Origin: an uncultured Burkholderiales bacterium
Lineage (GTDB): Bacteria; Pseudomonadota; Gammaproteobacteria; Burkholderiales; SHXO01
Length of the DNA: 64,000 bases
Assembly: GCA_964523885.1 (NCBI GenBank)
Contig: CAZFYX010000085.1
Coordinates: forward strand, 117,736 to 181,735
Direction: 5' to 3'
Positions 25,644-36,337 of this stretch are shown piece by piece. Within the stretch, counting starts at the first letter, position 1, and every line of letters begins with the position of its first letter. The position numbers and the translations under genes were made by a program. The notes beneath the pieces were generated by a model, which was not told the DNA's origin, made no database searches, and worked only from the letters and a program-made list of their open reading frames with translations.

Positions 25644-26246
25644 TCAGCCCTGGCGCCTGGCCTTGACCGGCGGGTCGGCCGGCCGCCCGAACAGCTGGAC
25701 GAAGTACCACCGTCCCGACTTGCCCCGCGCCGCGCCCACGCCGATCTGCGTCACATCGGGGAGCAGCATGTTGCGCCGGTGCCCGGGCGAGGCCTTCCAG
25801 CCCGCCATCGCGCTGCCCACGTCATCGGCCTTGTTGAGCTGGTAGGCGACGTTCTCGGCCACGCGCGCGTACTCGTAGCCGCCGGCCCCGATGCGATACT
25901 CGAGGTTCCTGCCGTCGAGCACGTGGCCGTTGCGGTCGGTGTCGCCGTACTTGTCCTGGCGCGCCATGTTCGCGGCATGTGCCTGGGCGATCTGGAGCAG
26001 GCGCACGTCGGGCGCGAGCGGAGCGAGACTGTTCTCGACCCGGTACGCGTTGGTCTCCCGGATGATCCGCTGCTGGTACGGATTGACCTTGACGCTCGCG
26101 GGCGCCGGTTCGGGCGGTGCGGGCGGCCGCGCAGCCGGTGCCGGCGGTCCAGGCGGTCCGGGGGCCGGCGGGACCGGGCGCTGCGGAGCCGGCGCACATG
26201 CCGCCAGCGCCAGCACGCAGGCCATCATCATCGACTTGCGCAACAT
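25644..26246 (-). CDS. CAP/SCP/PR-1-like domain lipoprotein
   Basis: Lipobox VLALAAC, a Pro-rich linker, then the CAP domain (NAYRVENSLAPL...AQAHAANMA...GWKASPGHRRNML). Confidence 0.75.
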   Translation of the reverse strand: MLRKSMMMACVLALAACAPAPQRPVPPAPGPPGPPAPAARPPAPPEPAPASVKVNPYQQRIIRETNAYRVENSLAPLAPDVRLLQIAQAHAANMARQDKYGDTDRNGHVLDGRNLEYRIGAGGYEYARVAENVAYQLNKADDVGSAMAGWKASPGHRRNMLLPDVTQIGVGAARGKSGRWYFVQLFGRPADPPVKARRQG

Positions 26247-26384
26247 GTGTGCTCCAGGATGCCAGACCGGGTTGAGCGGCAAGCAATCCACGTGCTCATC
26301 ATGCGTGCCGCATCGGGCGCATCGCCCAGTCCCGTTGCCGTGGACGGTGCGATACTTCTCCCGCGACATCCAGGAGGAATGACC

Positions 26385-27389
26385 ATGACTGCTGCGTTGC
26401 CCGCACGGATGCGTGCGGTGGAGATCACGCGTCCGGGCGGGCCGGACGTGCTGCATATCGCCGAGCGGGACCTGCCGCACCCGAAAGCCGGAGAGGTGCT
26501 CATCGCAGTGGCGGCGGCGGGCGTGAACCGGCCCGACTGCTTCCAGCGCGCGGGTTCGTATGCGCCGCCGCCCGGCGCCTCCGACCTGCCCGGACTCGAA
26601 GTGGCGGGCACGGTGGCGGCGCTCGGCGAGGGCGTGACGCAGTGGCGCATCGGCGACCAGGTCTGCGCCCTCACGCCGGGCGGCGGCTACGCGCAGTATT
26701 GCGTCGCGCCCGCGTCGCACTGCCTGCCGGTGCCTGCCGGCCTGACGGTGGCCGAAGCCGCCTCCCTGCCCGAGACCTTCTTCACGGTCTGGATCAACGT
26801 GTTCGAGCGCGCGCGCCTGGCCGCGGGCGAGACCCTGCTGGTGCAGGGCGGCTCGAGCGGCATCGGCGTCACCGCGATCCAGCTGGCGCGCGCCTTCGGC
26901 CACCGCGTGTTCGCCACCGCAGGCAGCGCCGACAAGTGCGCGGCGTGCGAGCGGCTGGGCGCCGAGCGCGCGATCGACTATCGCAAGGAGGACTTCGTCG
27001 AGGTCGTGAAGCAGCTCACCGGCGGCAAGGGTGTCGACGTGATCCTGGACATGGTGGGCGGCGACTACGTCCCGCGCGAGCTGAAGTGTCTGGCGACCGA
27101 CGGCCGCCTGTCGATCATCGCGTTCCTCGGCGGGACCCGGACCACCCTCGACATGGGCGACATCCTCTATCGCCGGCTGACGATCACCGGATCCACGCTG
27201 CGCCCGCGCAGCATCGAGTACAAGGCACAGGTCGCGGCCGCGCTGCGGGAGAAAGTGTGGCCGCTGCTGAGCGCCGGCCGGCTGAAGCCGGTGATCCACC
27301 AGCGCTTCCCGCTGGAGCAGGCCGCGGCCGCGCACGCGCTGATGGAATCCAGCGCCCACATCGGCAAGATCCTGCTGGAGATGGGCTGA
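26385..27389 (+). CDS. NAD(P)H:quinone oxidoreductase, zinc-independent MDR family (PIG3-like)
   Basis: GEVLIAVAAAGVNRPD, GLEVAGTVAALGEGV, LVQGGSSGIGVTAIQLA. AGGAGG lies 7 nt upstream of the ATG at 26385; the ATG at 26379 is too close to the RBS. Confidence 0.85.
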   Translation: MTAALPARMRAVEITRPGGPDVLHIAERDLPHPKAGEVLIAVAAAGVNRPDCFQRAGSYAPPPGASDLPGLEVAGTVAALGEGVTQWRIGDQVCALTPGGGYAQYCVAPASHCLPVPAGLTVAEAASLPETFFTVWINVFERARLAAGETLLVQGGSSGIGVTAIQLARAFGHRVFATAGSADKCAACERLGAERAIDYRKEDFVEVVKQLTGGKGVDVILDMVGGDYVPRELKCLATDGRLSIIAFLGGTRTTLDMGDILYRRLTITGSTLRPRSIEYKAQVAAALREKVWPLLSAGRLKPVIHQRFPLEQAAAAHALMESSAHIGKILLEMG

Positions 27390-27401
27390 GACGGCGCCGC
27401 G

Positions 27402-28409
27402 TCAGGCGGCGATGATGATGGCGGGCTCGCGGCGCTGGCTGCGGCGCGGCCCGATGCGCATCGGCGCGATCGGTCCGGCGTAGCGGAGCCCCGGCGGCGG
27501 CGTGCGCCGCAGCCGGCTCAGCGCGTCGGCTTCCTGCGCGAGGCGGCGCGCGAACTCCACGTTCTTGGTGACCTCGAGCTGGTACGGATCCTCGCCGCCG
27601 AAGTGCACCGCGGCGTAGCGGAAGGCGGAGTCGAGCTGCTCGGTCAGGCGGCGGCGCGCGATGAGGTAGAACTCCGGCGTCTTGCGCAGCAGGTCTTCGG
27701 CCGAGAGGAACTTGACCGTGGGCGAGGGCTCGCCGCTGCCGTTGTGTGCCAGGCCGCCCGCGACGAACTCGGGATAGAGCCGGTCGCGGCATTTCTCCAG
27801 GTAGCAGCGGTCGGACATCTGCGCGATGATGTCGGCCGTGCCGAGCATGTTGCCGATGCGGCGGAAGATCTCGCTCGGAACGCGGATCTGGCTCACCGGC
27901 ATCTCGTAGCCGGTGAAATGGATGACCGCCGCGGCATGCGGCGCGAGATCGGCCATGCCGAGCCCCGCCATGTACTGCTCCAGGAACCGCGAGCCGCGCG
28001 ACACGTGCACCAGGGTGTACTCGGCGCCATTGCGATGGCGCGTATCCTGGACGTGGCGCAGGTAGCCCACATCGTGGAACAGCGCCGTGATCACGCCGAA
28101 CACGAACAGGCGCGGGCCGAGCGTCTCGTGGGTGTCGCTGGCGCGCTCGTAGCCGTCCATGAGACGTGCCATGGCGAGCGCCACGTCGAGCGTGTGCTGG
28201 AGGTTGTGATAGGCCGTGTCGCACGGCCGGTAGCCGGGGAACTCGCCGCGATAGGCCCGCGAGCAGTCCTCGAATGCCGTGATGAGCGCATCCGAATGGC
28301 TGCCCGGGTACAGCTGACTGAACAGGCGTGCGGTTTCGAGGTACACCGCGCGCGGATCGGTGATGTCCACGCGGTTGGTGACGTCGTATTCGCTTCGTCT
28401 TATGGTCAT
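27402..28409 (-). CDS. HD-domain metal-dependent phosphohydrolase family protein
   Basis: YHNLQHTLDVALAMARL ... ALFHDVGYL (H..HD motifs). The substrate is unknown. Confidence 0.7.
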   Translation of the reverse strand: MTIRRSEYDVTNRVDITDPRAVYLETARLFSQLYPGSHSDALITAFEDCSRAYRGEFPGYRPCDTAYHNLQHTLDVALAMARLMDGYERASDTHETLGPRLFVFGVITALFHDVGYLRHVQDTRHRNGAEYTLVHVSRGSRFLEQYMAGLGMADLAPHAAAVIHFTGYEMPVSQIRVPSEIFRRIGNMLGTADIIAQMSDRCYLEKCRDRLYPEFVAGGLAHNGSGEPSPTVKFLSAEDLLRKTPEFYLIARRRLTEQLDSAFRYAAVHFGGEDPYQLEVTKNVEFARRLAQEADALSRLRRTPPPGLRYAGPIAPMRIGPRRSQRREPAIIIAA

Positions 28410-28661
28410 CGTTGTGCTCTCCGGCCCTGCGCTGCCTCTTATTGTTTTCCGGCGCAGCCCATTGTGCTGGGCCGCCATTCTTCCTTCAATTGCTTTGACA
28501 CTGTCTTGCAGCTCGATCCTGAACCGGGGCCCGAGCGATCGTCTCCGGATGGCGACAACTTTAGCACGACCCGGTTGACTGTCCAGTCCCACTAGCAAAA
28601 ATATGGCCTTCCGCCAAAACCCTGAGTCCTGGCGGACTTCGGTCCCGCGAGGATCCGGCGC

Positions 28662-29045
28662 ATGACCAGGATTGCAAAACAATTGAACAATTGGCTGGCG
28701 GCGGTAGTGTGCGCGGTCGCCCTGCTGACTGTCGCCGGTGCCCACGCGCGGCAGGCGTCGCCTGCAGGGCTGCCTGCCATCGAGGCGCAGGCGCTGCCGC
28801 CGGAGGCGCGTGCGGCGCTGGAGCGCATCGAGCGCGGCGGGCCCCACCCCTACCGCAAGGACGGGTCGGTCTTCGCCAACCGGGAGCGCCGCCTGCCGGA
28901 CCGGCCGCGCGGCTACTACCGCGAGTACACGGTGCCGACGCCGGGCGAGCGCGACCGCGGGGCGCGCCGCATCGTCGCGGGCAGTGCCGGCGAGCGGTAT
29001 TACACTGCCGACCACTACCGCACTTTCAGACGGATCGTTCCATGA
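28662..29045 (+). CDS. Secreted guanyl-specific ribonuclease of the barnase/RNase Sa (N1/T1) family
   Basis: Signal-like N-terminus (NNWLAAVVCAVALLTVAGAHA). GGPHPYRKDGSVFANRERRLP, YYREYTVPTPG, RGARRIVAG and YYTADHYRTF carry the Glu/Arg/His catalytic pattern. Confidence 0.85.
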   Translation: MTRIAKQLNNWLAAVVCAVALLTVAGAHARQASPAGLPAIEAQALPPEARAALERIERGGPHPYRKDGSVFANRERRLPDRPRGYYREYTVPTPGERDRGARRIVAGSAGERYYTADHYRTFRRIVP

Positions 29046-29491
29046 GCAGTACTCCTGTTGCGCGCCTGCTGGGCGGCGGGCCCTCCGGCGTGTTCGTGCT
29101 CGACCCCGACGTCGCCTCTGCCCGCATAGCAGCTCTCGCGCGCCTCAAGGGCCTGCATGTCCTCGAGGCCGATTGCCGCGGCGCCCGCAACAAGCGCCGG
29201 CTGATGGAGTCGCTTGCGGCGGCGCTGGCGCTGCCGGCGTACTTCGGCGGCAACTGGGACGCGCTCGCCGACTGCCTCACCGATCTCGAGTGGTTGCCCG
29301 CGGAAGGTTACGTGCTGATGCTGCGCGGCCTGGAGGGGCTGGCACGCCAGTCACCGCGCGACTACGCGATGCTGGTCGACGTGCTGAGCGACGCCTCGGG
29401 GTACTGGCGCGACGCTGGGGTGCCGTTCTACGTGCTGCTTGCCGGCGATGCGACCGGGCTGGGGTCCGACCTGCCGTGCATCTCGGCATGA
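29042..29491 (+). CDS. Barstar-family ribonuclease inhibitor
   Basis: The ATG at 29042 overlaps the RNase stop (ATGA). [19 protein letters not shown] is the barstar signature region. Confidence 0.8.
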   Translation: MSSTPVARLLGGGPSGVFVLDPDVASARIAALARLKGLHVLEADCRGARNKRRLMESLAAALALPAYFGGNWDALADCLTDLEWLPAEGYVLMLRGLEGLARQSPRDYAMLVDVLSDASGYWRDAGVPFYVLLAGDATGLGSDLPCISA

Positions 29492-30024
29492 CAGCCGGGC
29501 AGCCCCGGCTGCGACGCATGCGGGCCGGCGCACGCCGGCCGTGACGCATTCACCGCGGGCACGAAGCGCGCGAGTTCGCTCAACGCCTGGTGATAGACCT
29601 CGCGCTTGAACTCGATGACGCTCTCGAGCGGAATCCAGTACTGGTTCCAGCGCCAGGCGTCGAACTCGGGTTTGTCGGAGCGGCGCAGGCATACGTCGCA
29701 ATCGCGGCCGACCATGCGCAGCAGATACCAGATCTGCTTCTGCCCGCGATAGTTCACCCGGCAGTCGCGCCGCACCCAGGTGCTGGGCACGTCGTAGCGC
29801 AGCCAGTGGCGGGTGCGACCGAGGATGCGCACGTGCCGTCCCTCCAGGCCCACCTCCTCGGTCAGTTCCCGGTACATCGCCTGTTCGGGGCTCTCGCCGG
29901 CCTTGATGCCGCCCTGCGGGAACTGCCACGCGTGCTCCTTGACGCGCTTGCCCCAGAACACCTCGTTGCGGATGTTCACCAGGATGATGCCGACGTTCGG
30001 GCGATACCCGTCACGATCAATCAC
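29428..30024 (-). CDS. rppH: RNA pyrophosphohydrolase (Nudix)
   Basis: [45 protein letters not shown] (Nudix box) matches RppH/NudH. The non-conserved C-terminal tail overlaps the barstar 3' end by 64 bp (convergent). Confidence 0.9.
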   Translation of the reverse strand: MIDRDGYRPNVGIILVNIRNEVFWGKRVKEHAWQFPQGGIKAGESPEQAMYRELTEEVGLEGRHVRILGRTRHWLRYDVPSTWVRRDCRVNYRGQKQIWYLLRMVGRDCDVCLRRSDKPEFDAWRWNQYWIPLESVIEFKREVYHQALSELARFVPAVNASRPACAGPHASQPGLPGCHAEMHGRSDPSPVASPASST

Positions 30025-30118
30025 GGCCAGTCACCCTTCGAAGACACTTTGCCCGGATTCTTCCATAAACGGCCGCTGCTACGCAATTGCGATACCAGCG
30101 CGCGGCGGACCGCCGCAT

Positions 30119-30904
30119 TCAGACCAGCAGTCGCCGGCTGGTGTGCGGGTTGAGCTGTCGCATGCTGCCGACGAGATCCGGAAATTCAATCGCATAGCGC
30201 GACTGGAGGCGGCGGGCCTGGTCCCTGAGCTCGTCCCAGCGCGTGGCCACCGGCTTGCTCCGGAAGGCCAGCACCGCGATGTTGCCGCGCTGCGCCGCCG
30301 GCAGGCAGCAGACCTGGCCGTCGAAGGCTGCCTCGATGCGCTGCAGGTACTCGTCGAAACGGCGGTCGTTGCCCCACAGATTCACCACCAGGATGCCGTC
30401 GGGGTGCAGCGCACGCGCCGCGTTGGCATAGAACTCGCGGGTGGCGAGCTCGGTGGCCTGTGAGACGCCGTCATAGCCGTCGACCAGGATGACCTCGCAG
30501 CAGTCCGGATGCTGCGCGACCCACGCCGCGCCGTCGCCCTGCAGCACGCGCAGCCGCGCGTCGTCGGGCGGGAGATGGAAGTGCGAGCGTGCGCAGGCGA
30601 TCACTTTGGGGTTGAGCTCGATCACCACCTGCTGCGTCTCGGGCAGGTGACGATGGATCCACTTGGTCAGCGACCCGCCGCCCAGGCCGACGTTCACCAA
30701 CCGGCGCGGCGGGGGCGCGAACAGCAGGAAGGCCAGCATGCTGCGCGTGTAAGAGAGCACCAGCTCGGTCGGATCCGCCAGGCGCATCCCGCTCTGCACG
30801 GTATCGCTGCCCAGGTGCAGGTAGCGGACGCCGTCCTGCTCGCTGATCTGCACCTCGTCGCCCGCACCGGCCGGCCGGCGCCGCAGGCGCCCCAGCAGTC
30901 CCAT
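30119..30904 (-). CDS. Spermidine-synthase-like SAM-dependent transferase
   Basis: VNVGLGGGSLTKWI, VVIELNPKVI, ILVDGYD: a class I methyltransferase/aminopropyltransferase fold. Confidence 0.7.
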   Translation of the reverse strand: MGLLGRLRRRPAGAGDEVQISEQDGVRYLHLGSDTVQSGMRLADPTELVLSYTRSMLAFLLFAPPPRRLVNVGLGGGSLTKWIHRHLPETQQVVIELNPKVIACARSHFHLPPDDARLRVLQGDGAAWVAQHPDCCEVILVDGYDGVSQATELATREFYANAARALHPDGILVVNLWGNDRRFDEYLQRIEAAFDGQVCCLPAAQRGNIAVLAFRSKPVATRWDELRDQARRLQSRYAIEFPDLVGSMRQLNPHTSRRLLV

Positions 30905-30975
30905 TTCCAGTCCCTGTATCTCGTTGTGTTTGCGTGCGATTGTAGAATAGCGGTTTTGCCTCGGACGACCCCGAC

Positions 30976-32688
30976 ATGCGCAGCAGAGCGTTCTTCCTGT
31001 CCACCCTCAAGGAGGCCCCGGCCGAGGCCGAGCTGGTCAGCCACAAGCTCATGGTCCGCGCCGGCCTGATCAAGAAGCTCGGCAGCGGGCTGTACAGCTG
31101 GATGCCGCTGGGCCTGCGCGTCCTGCGCCGCGTCGAGGCGATCGTGCGCGAGGAGATGAACCACGCCGGCGCCCTGGAGCTGTTCCTGCCCGCCGTGCAG
31201 CCGGCCGAGCTGTGGCAGGAATCGGGACGCTGGGAGCGCTTCGGGCCGCAGATGCTCAAGATCCGGGACCGGCATGAGCGCGATTTCTGCTTCGGTCCGA
31301 CGCACGAGGAGGTCATCACCGACATCGCCCGGCGCGAGATCCGCTCCTACCGCCAGCTGCCCGTGCACTTCTACCAGATCCAGACCAAGTTCCGCGACGA
31401 GATCCGCCCGCGCTTCGGGGTGATGCGCGCCCGCGAGTTCATCATGAAGGACGGCTACTCCTTCCACGTCGACTTCGCCGACCTGGAGCGGGAGTACCGC
31501 AACATGTACGACACCTACACCCGCATCTTCGAGCGGCTCGGGCTGAAGTTCCGCGCCGTCGCGGCCGACACCGGCGCGATCGGCGGCACCGGCTCGCACG
31601 AGTTCCACGTGCTGGCCGACTCGGGCGAGGACGCGATCGCGTACGGCCTCGAATCCGATTACGCGGCCAACATCGAGCTCGCCGAGGCGCTGGCGCCGGC
31701 AACGCCGCGCGCTGCACCGGCCGCGCAACTGGCCACCGTCGCCACACCCGGGCAGCACAGCATCGAGGAGGTGAGCGCCTTCCTCAAGGTCCCGCCGCAG
31801 AAGATCGTGAAGACGCTGATGATCGTGACCGGCGACCAGAAGGAGGTACTGCTCCTGCTGCGGGGCGACCACATGCTCAACGAGGTGAAGGCCGGCAAGA
31901 AGTTCCTGCTCAACGAGGGCTGGCGCTTCGCGACCGAGGGCGAGGTGCGCGCGCGCATGGGCGCGAGTCCCGGCTCGATCGGTCCGCGCGGCGGGCACGG
32001 CCTGACCGTCATCGCCGACCGCGCGGTGGCCGCGATGAGCGACTTCGTGTGCGGCGCCAACCAGGACGATCATCACCTGACCGGAGTCAACTTCGGCCGC
32101 GACCTGCCCGAACCGCAGGAGTACGCCGACCTGCGCAACGTAGTCGAGGGCGATCCCAGCCCGGACGGCAAGGGGACGCTGGGGATCTGCCGCGGCATCG
32201 AGGTGGGCCACATCTTCCAGCTTCGCACCAAGTACTCCGAGGCGCTCAGCGCCACCTTCCTCGACGAGGCCGGCCAGGCGCGCCCGATGGAGATGGGCTG
32301 CTACGGCATCGGCGTGTCGCGCATCGTCGCCGCCGCGATCGAGCAGAACCACGACGAGCGCGGCATCGTGTGGCCGCAGCCGATCGCTCCGTTCCAAATC
32401 GCCATCGCCCCGATCGGCTACGGCAAGAGCGCCGAGGTGAAGGCCGTGGCCGACCGCCTGTACGCGGACCTGCAGGCCGCGGGCATCGAGGTGCTGCTGG
32501 ACGACCGCGACGAGCGCCCCGGCGTGATGTTCGCCGACCTCGAGCTGATCGGCATCCCGCACCGGATCACCATCGGCGATCGCGGGCTGAAGCAGGGCCA
32601 GCTCGAATACGTCGCGCGGCGTGACGGCAAGCCGCAGATGATCGACGCGGCCACCGCGCTCGAGTTCGCGAAACAGGCCGTGCGTTGA
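30976..32688 (+). CDS. proS: Prolyl-tRNA synthetase
   Basis: 570 aa bacterial-type ProRS ([27 protein letters not shown]...[17 protein letters not shown]...), with an editing-domain insertion. Confidence 0.95.
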   Translation: MRSRAFFLSTLKEAPAEAELVSHKLMVRAGLIKKLGSGLYSWMPLGLRVLRRVEAIVREEMNHAGALELFLPAVQPAELWQESGRWERFGPQMLKIRDRHERDFCFGPTHEEVITDIARREIRSYRQLPVHFYQIQTKFRDEIRPRFGVMRAREFIMKDGYSFHVDFADLEREYRNMYDTYTRIFERLGLKFRAVAADTGAIGGTGSHEFHVLADSGEDAIAYGLESDYAANIELAEALAPATPRAAPAAQLATVATPGQHSIEEVSAFLKVPPQKIVKTLMIVTGDQKEVLLLLRGDHMLNEVKAGKKFLLNEGWRFATEGEVRARMGASPGSIGPRGGHGLTVIADRAVAAMSDFVCGANQDDHHLTGVNFGRDLPEPQEYADLRNVVEGDPSPDGKGTLGICRGIEVGHIFQLRTKYSEALSATFLDEAGQARPMEMGCYGIGVSRIVAAAIEQNHDERGIVWPQPIAPFQIAIAPIGYGKSAEVKAVADRLYADLQAAGIEVLLDDRDERPGVMFADLELIGIPHRITIGDRGLKQGQLEYVARRDGKPQMIDAATALEFAKQAVR

Positions 32689-33335
32689 ACCGGGCCGCCG
32701 CCACGCTCGCCGCGCTCGTGCTGTGCATCCCGGCGGCCCGCGCCGGGAACCAGCAATACGAGCCGCTGGCCGCGAGCGTGCGCGCGGCGATGTACTCGGC
32801 GGTGGCCGACAAGGCCAGCCCCCGGCTGGTCTTCGCCACCGCGGACGAGGGCTACCAGTGGCTCGACGAGATGTCCATCCGTCTCGCCCCGCGCGTGCCC
32901 GACCAGCGCACCCGGGTGGACCTGCTGACCACCGTGCAGTACGAAGCCAGGCGTGCGGGCCTGGACCCGCAGCTGGTGCTGGGCGTGATCGAGGTCGAGA
33001 GCCGCTTCCGCAAGTACGCGGTGTCGCGGGCCGGGGCCCGGGGCTACATGCAGGTCATGCCGTTCTGGACCGGGCTGATCGGGACCGCGGAGCACAACCT
33101 GTTCAGCCTGCGCACCAACCTGCGCTACGGCTGCGTCATCCTGCGCCACTACATCGACATCGAGCGCGGCGACGTCCAGCGCGCGCTCGCGCGCTACAAC
33201 GGCAGCCTCGCCAACCCCAAAAGCGACTACGCGGCGAAGGTGATTCGCGCCTGGCAGACGCGCTGGGCCTATCCGGCGCCAGTGGTACGGCAGGTGTCGG
33301 CCCCGCCCATGCGGTACGTGGGCGAGCCCAGGTGA
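32685..33335 (+). CDS. Lytic transglycosylase (SLT domain) protein
   Basis: [27 protein letters not shown] is the SLT catalytic Glu motif. The TTG start overlaps the proS stop (TTGA). Confidence 0.8.
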   Translation: MNRAAATLAALVLCIPAARAGNQQYEPLAASVRAAMYSAVADKASPRLVFATADEGYQWLDEMSIRLAPRVPDQRTRVDLLTTVQYEARRAGLDPQLVLGVIEVESRFRKYAVSRAGARGYMQVMPFWTGLIGTAEHNLFSLRTNLRYGCVILRHYIDIERGDVQRALARYNGSLANPKSDYAAKVIRAWQTRWAYPAPVVRQVSAPPMRYVGEPR

Positions 33336-33342
33336 TCCGGCC

Positions 33343-34563
33343 ATGAACGCCAGCCAGGACCTCGACCCCGCGCTCGCCGGCATCACCGTCCTCGATTTCA
33401 CGCGCGTGCTGGCCGGGCCCTACTGCACGCGGCTGCTCGCCGACCTCGGCGCGCAGGTGATCAAGATCGAGCGGCCCGGCGAGGGCGACGAGATCCGCTA
33501 CACCGTGCAGCAGCTCGAGCCCGGCCGCAGCGACCAGAGCAGCTACTACGTGCGCCTGAACGTGGGCAAGCGCGGCATCGCCATCGACCTCGCCCACCCG
33601 CTGGCCCGCGACGTGGTGCTCGACCTGGTGCGCCGGTCCGATGTGGTGGTGGAGAACTTCTCGCCGGGCGTGATGAAGCGCTACGGCTTCGACGAGCCCG
33701 CGCTGCGCGCGGTGAAGCCCGACCTCGTGTACTGCGCGGTGTCGGGCTTCGGGCAGACCGGGCCGCTGAGCTCGATGCAGGCCTATGCGCACCTGATCAA
33801 TGCCATCTCCGGGATGATGGACCTCGACCGCGGTGGCGACGCGCAGCCGCGCGTGTCCTACCTGCAGGCCGCGGACGTGCTCGCGGGCGCACATGCCTTC
33901 GGCGCCATCTGCGCCGCGCTGGTGCGGCGCGCGCGCAGCGGCCGCGGCGCATTCATCGACGTCTCGATGCTCGAATGCCTGGTCGCCGCCGACGACATCA
34001 CCTACGGTGCGATCCTCAACGGCGGCAGCGTGCTGCGCGCACCGCGGATCGGCATGGTCGTGCACGAGATCGACCGGCGCTACCTCGCGCTGCAGACCGC
34101 CGGCGCACCGCACCTGTGGTCGCGGCTGGTGGCGCTGATGGGCCGGCCGGAGCTGGCGAGCGATCCGCGCTTCGCCACGCCCTATGCACGGCGCGAGAAC
34201 TGGGCTGCGCTGCTGCAGATCCTGCGTGAGTGGCTCGACGGCTTCGACGACGTGGACCAGGCGCTCGCCGCGCTCACCGGGGCGCGCATCCCGTCGGTGC
34301 CGATGCTCTCGCCCGAGGAGGTCATCGAGCATCCGCACCTCACGGCGAGGCAGGCCTTCCCGGCCGTCCAGCATCCGGCACGGGGGAGCGTGCGCGTGAC
34401 GGCCACGCCGTTCCACCTCGATGGGGCAGCGGTGGTGCCGGCAGGCCCGGCACCGCATCGGGTCGGCGAGCACACGCGCGAAGTGCTCGCAGAGGTCCTG
34501 GACTATCCGGCGCAGCGCATCGACGCGCTGCTGCGCGAGAAGGCGATCGAGGTTCCCGGCTGA
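33343..34563 (+). CDS. Family III CoA-transferase (CaiB/BaiF)
   Basis: LAGITVLDFTRVLAGPYCTRLLADLGAQVIKIERPG is typical of the family. Confidence 0.85.
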   Translation: MNASQDLDPALAGITVLDFTRVLAGPYCTRLLADLGAQVIKIERPGEGDEIRYTVQQLEPGRSDQSSYYVRLNVGKRGIAIDLAHPLARDVVLDLVRRSDVVVENFSPGVMKRYGFDEPALRAVKPDLVYCAVSGFGQTGPLSSMQAYAHLINAISGMMDLDRGGDAQPRVSYLQAADVLAGAHAFGAICAALVRRARSGRGAFIDVSMLECLVAADDITYGAILNGGSVLRAPRIGMVVHEIDRRYLALQTAGAPHLWSRLVALMGRPELASDPRFATPYARRENWAALLQILREWLDGFDDVDQALAALTGARIPSVPMLSPEEVIEHPHLTARQAFPAVQHPARGSVRVTATPFHLDGAAVVPAGPAPHRVGEHTREVLAEVLDYPAQRIDALLREKAIEVPG

Positions 34564-34567
34564 GCGG

Positions 34568-34972
34568 TCAGCCCTTGCGGGGCACCGGCACGCGCGAGGG
34601 CCGGCCCTGCGCGTCGGTGAACGGGAACAGGCCCACCTTGAACGACTGCGCCATGTGCCGCGCGACGCCGATCGCACGCTCGGCATGGGCCGGGCTCAGC
34701 GCATCGCGCGCGGCACTCTCGAACGTCGCCAGCCAGTGCTCGAACGCCTCGGGCTCGAAGCGCAGGCGCATGTGCGGGCCATAGGCGTTGCCCTTGTAGC
34801 GCTGGGTGCCCAGGATCACGCCGGACCAGAAGTCCGCCACCAGGGGAATGTGCGTATCCCAGTCGTGGATCGCGTCGCGGAAGATGGGCCCGAGCACGGG
34901 GTCGGCCAGCCCGCGCTCGTAGAACAGGCGCACCATCCATTCGATCGCGGCTTCCGGGTCTGTCTCGCTCAT
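34568..34972 (-). CDS. Group III truncated hemoglobin-like globin
   Basis: 134 aa from the ATG at 34972 (AGGAG upstream). LFYERGLADPVLGPIFRDAIHDWDTHIPLVADFWSGVILGTQRYKGN resembles group 3 trHb. Confidence 0.65.
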   Translation of the reverse strand: MSETDPEAAIEWMVRLFYERGLADPVLGPIFRDAIHDWDTHIPLVADFWSGVILGTQRYKGNAYGPHMRLRFEPEAFEHWLATFESAARDALSPAHAERAIGVARHMAQSFKVGLFPFTDAQGRPSRVPVPRKG

Positions 34973-35018
34973 CTGCTCTGCTCCTGCCGGCACGCTGCAG
35001 CCTGCTGCAACCGCCGTG

Positions 35019-36281
35019 CTAGGCCTTGCGCAGGCGCCAGCGCCGAGCCGGCGCGGCCTCGGCTTCGCCCGCGTCATCATCGTCCCTGGACTGCTCGAAC
35101 AGCGCCTTCAGGCTCATCTGCAGGTCTGCGTGGATGTCCATCGTGACCCTGGCCAGCGCCTTCTCGTAGCCGTGCTTGCCGCGGGCGAGCTCGGCCTCCG
35201 GGTTGAACACGAACTCGCGATACAGGTCCGCCAGCGGGACGTTCGCGAGGTCGCGCGCGAGCACCCAGCGCTCGCCGGCCGCCGGCGCGACCCAGCCGGC
35301 ATCGGTCAGCTGCTGCAGCATCGCCTCGCAGGCTTCCCACGGCATCTTCAGCGCGGCGCGCAGCTCGCCGGTGGTCGGCACCAAGCCCTTGCCATGTGCG
35401 TCGTACAGCAGCCGCAGCAGGCGCACCGCGTCGAGCAGCGCGCTGCCCACGCCACGGCGCAGGCGCACGCCGCCGCTGCGCATGTAGGGCAGCGCGGCGG
35501 CCAGCTCGGCGCCGATCAGCACGATCATCCAGGACAGGTAGAGCCAGGCCAGGAAGATGGGAAAGCTGGCGAAGGCGCCGTACACCAGCTTGTAGGTCGG
35601 CACCTGGCGGATGTAGGCCCCGAACAGGCTCTTCACCACTTCGAACAGCAACCCCGCAGTGATGCCGGCGGCGAGGGCGTCCGCCGTCTCCACCCTGCGG
35701 CTGGGCACGGTGCGGTACACGAACGCGAACGCGAGGCAGGTGAGCGTCAACGACACCGTCTTCAGGAACACCGGCGGCGAGCCGCCCAGCAGCTCCATCG
35801 ACTGGCTCACCAGCCAGGAGGTGAGCGATAGGCTCACCCCGAGCAGCAGCGGACCGATCGTCAGCACGCCCCAGTAGGTGAGCACGCGTCCGACCAGCGG
35901 CCGCGGGCGCGACACGCGCCAGATCCGGTTGAACGTGTGCTCGATGGTGAGCATCATCATCACCGCGGTGACGGTGAGGATCGCCAGGCCCAGCGCGGTC
36001 AGGCGGCCGGCGTTCTGGGCGAACTGTTCCATGTACACCGTGATCACCTTGGAGGCCGCGCCCGGCACCAGGTTGGCGAGGATGAATCCGCGGATGTTCC
36101 CGTAGAAGCTCGAGAAGCCCGGGAAGGCGGAGAAGACGGTGAGCGCGACGGTGATCACCGGCACCACGGCCAGCAGGGTGGTGAACGTCAGGCTGGAGGC
36201 GACCTGCACCAGCCGGTCCTCGCGCAGCCGTACGCGCAGCCAGTGCAGGAAGTCGGTGATCGAGCGGAGGTGCTGGCGCAT
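35019..36281 (-). CDS. YihY/BrkB-family inner-membrane protein with a C-terminal soluble extension
   Basis: LVQVASSLTFTTLLAVVPVITVALTVFSAFP and six TM segments. An extra ~130 aa lies at the C-terminus. Confidence 0.8.
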   Translation of the reverse strand: MRQHLRSITDFLHWLRVRLREDRLVQVASSLTFTTLLAVVPVITVALTVFSAFPGFSSFYGNIRGFILANLVPGAASKVITVYMEQFAQNAGRLTALGLAILTVTAVMMMLTIEHTFNRIWRVSRPRPLVGRVLTYWGVLTIGPLLLGVSLSLTSWLVSQSMELLGGSPPVFLKTVSLTLTCLAFAFVYRTVPSRRVETADALAAGITAGLLFEVVKSLFGAYIRQVPTYKLVYGAFASFPIFLAWLYLSWMIVLIGAELAAALPYMRSGGVRLRRGVGSALLDAVRLLRLLYDAHGKGLVPTTGELRAALKMPWEACEAMLQQLTDAGWVAPAAGERWVLARDLANVPLADLYREFVFNPEAELARGKHGYEKALARVTMDIHADLQMSLKALFEQSRDDDDAGEAEAAPARRWRLRKA

Positions 36282-36337
36282 GCGGGCGGGCGGAGGAACG
36301 CTCCAGGGTCCGATCAGATAATAGCGCCGCGGCGCCG

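Noticed and set aside
28494-28510. TGACAC-N4-TTGCA in the HD/RNase spacer as a sigma-54 promoter.
   Set aside because: It has GA instead of the invariant GG and is 1 bp short of the canonical -24/-12 spacing.
29428-29491. The 64-bp convergent overlap of rppH and the barstar gene as a deliberate antisense regulatory device.
   Set aside because: The overlap involves only the non-conserved, low-complexity C-terminal tail of the rppH ORF. It may simply reflect a late stop codon. Nothing in the sequence supports regulation.
30943-30948. TAGAAT upstream of proS as a promoter -10 element.
   Set aside because: There is no acceptable -35 at 16-18 bp, so it is too weak to report as a feature.
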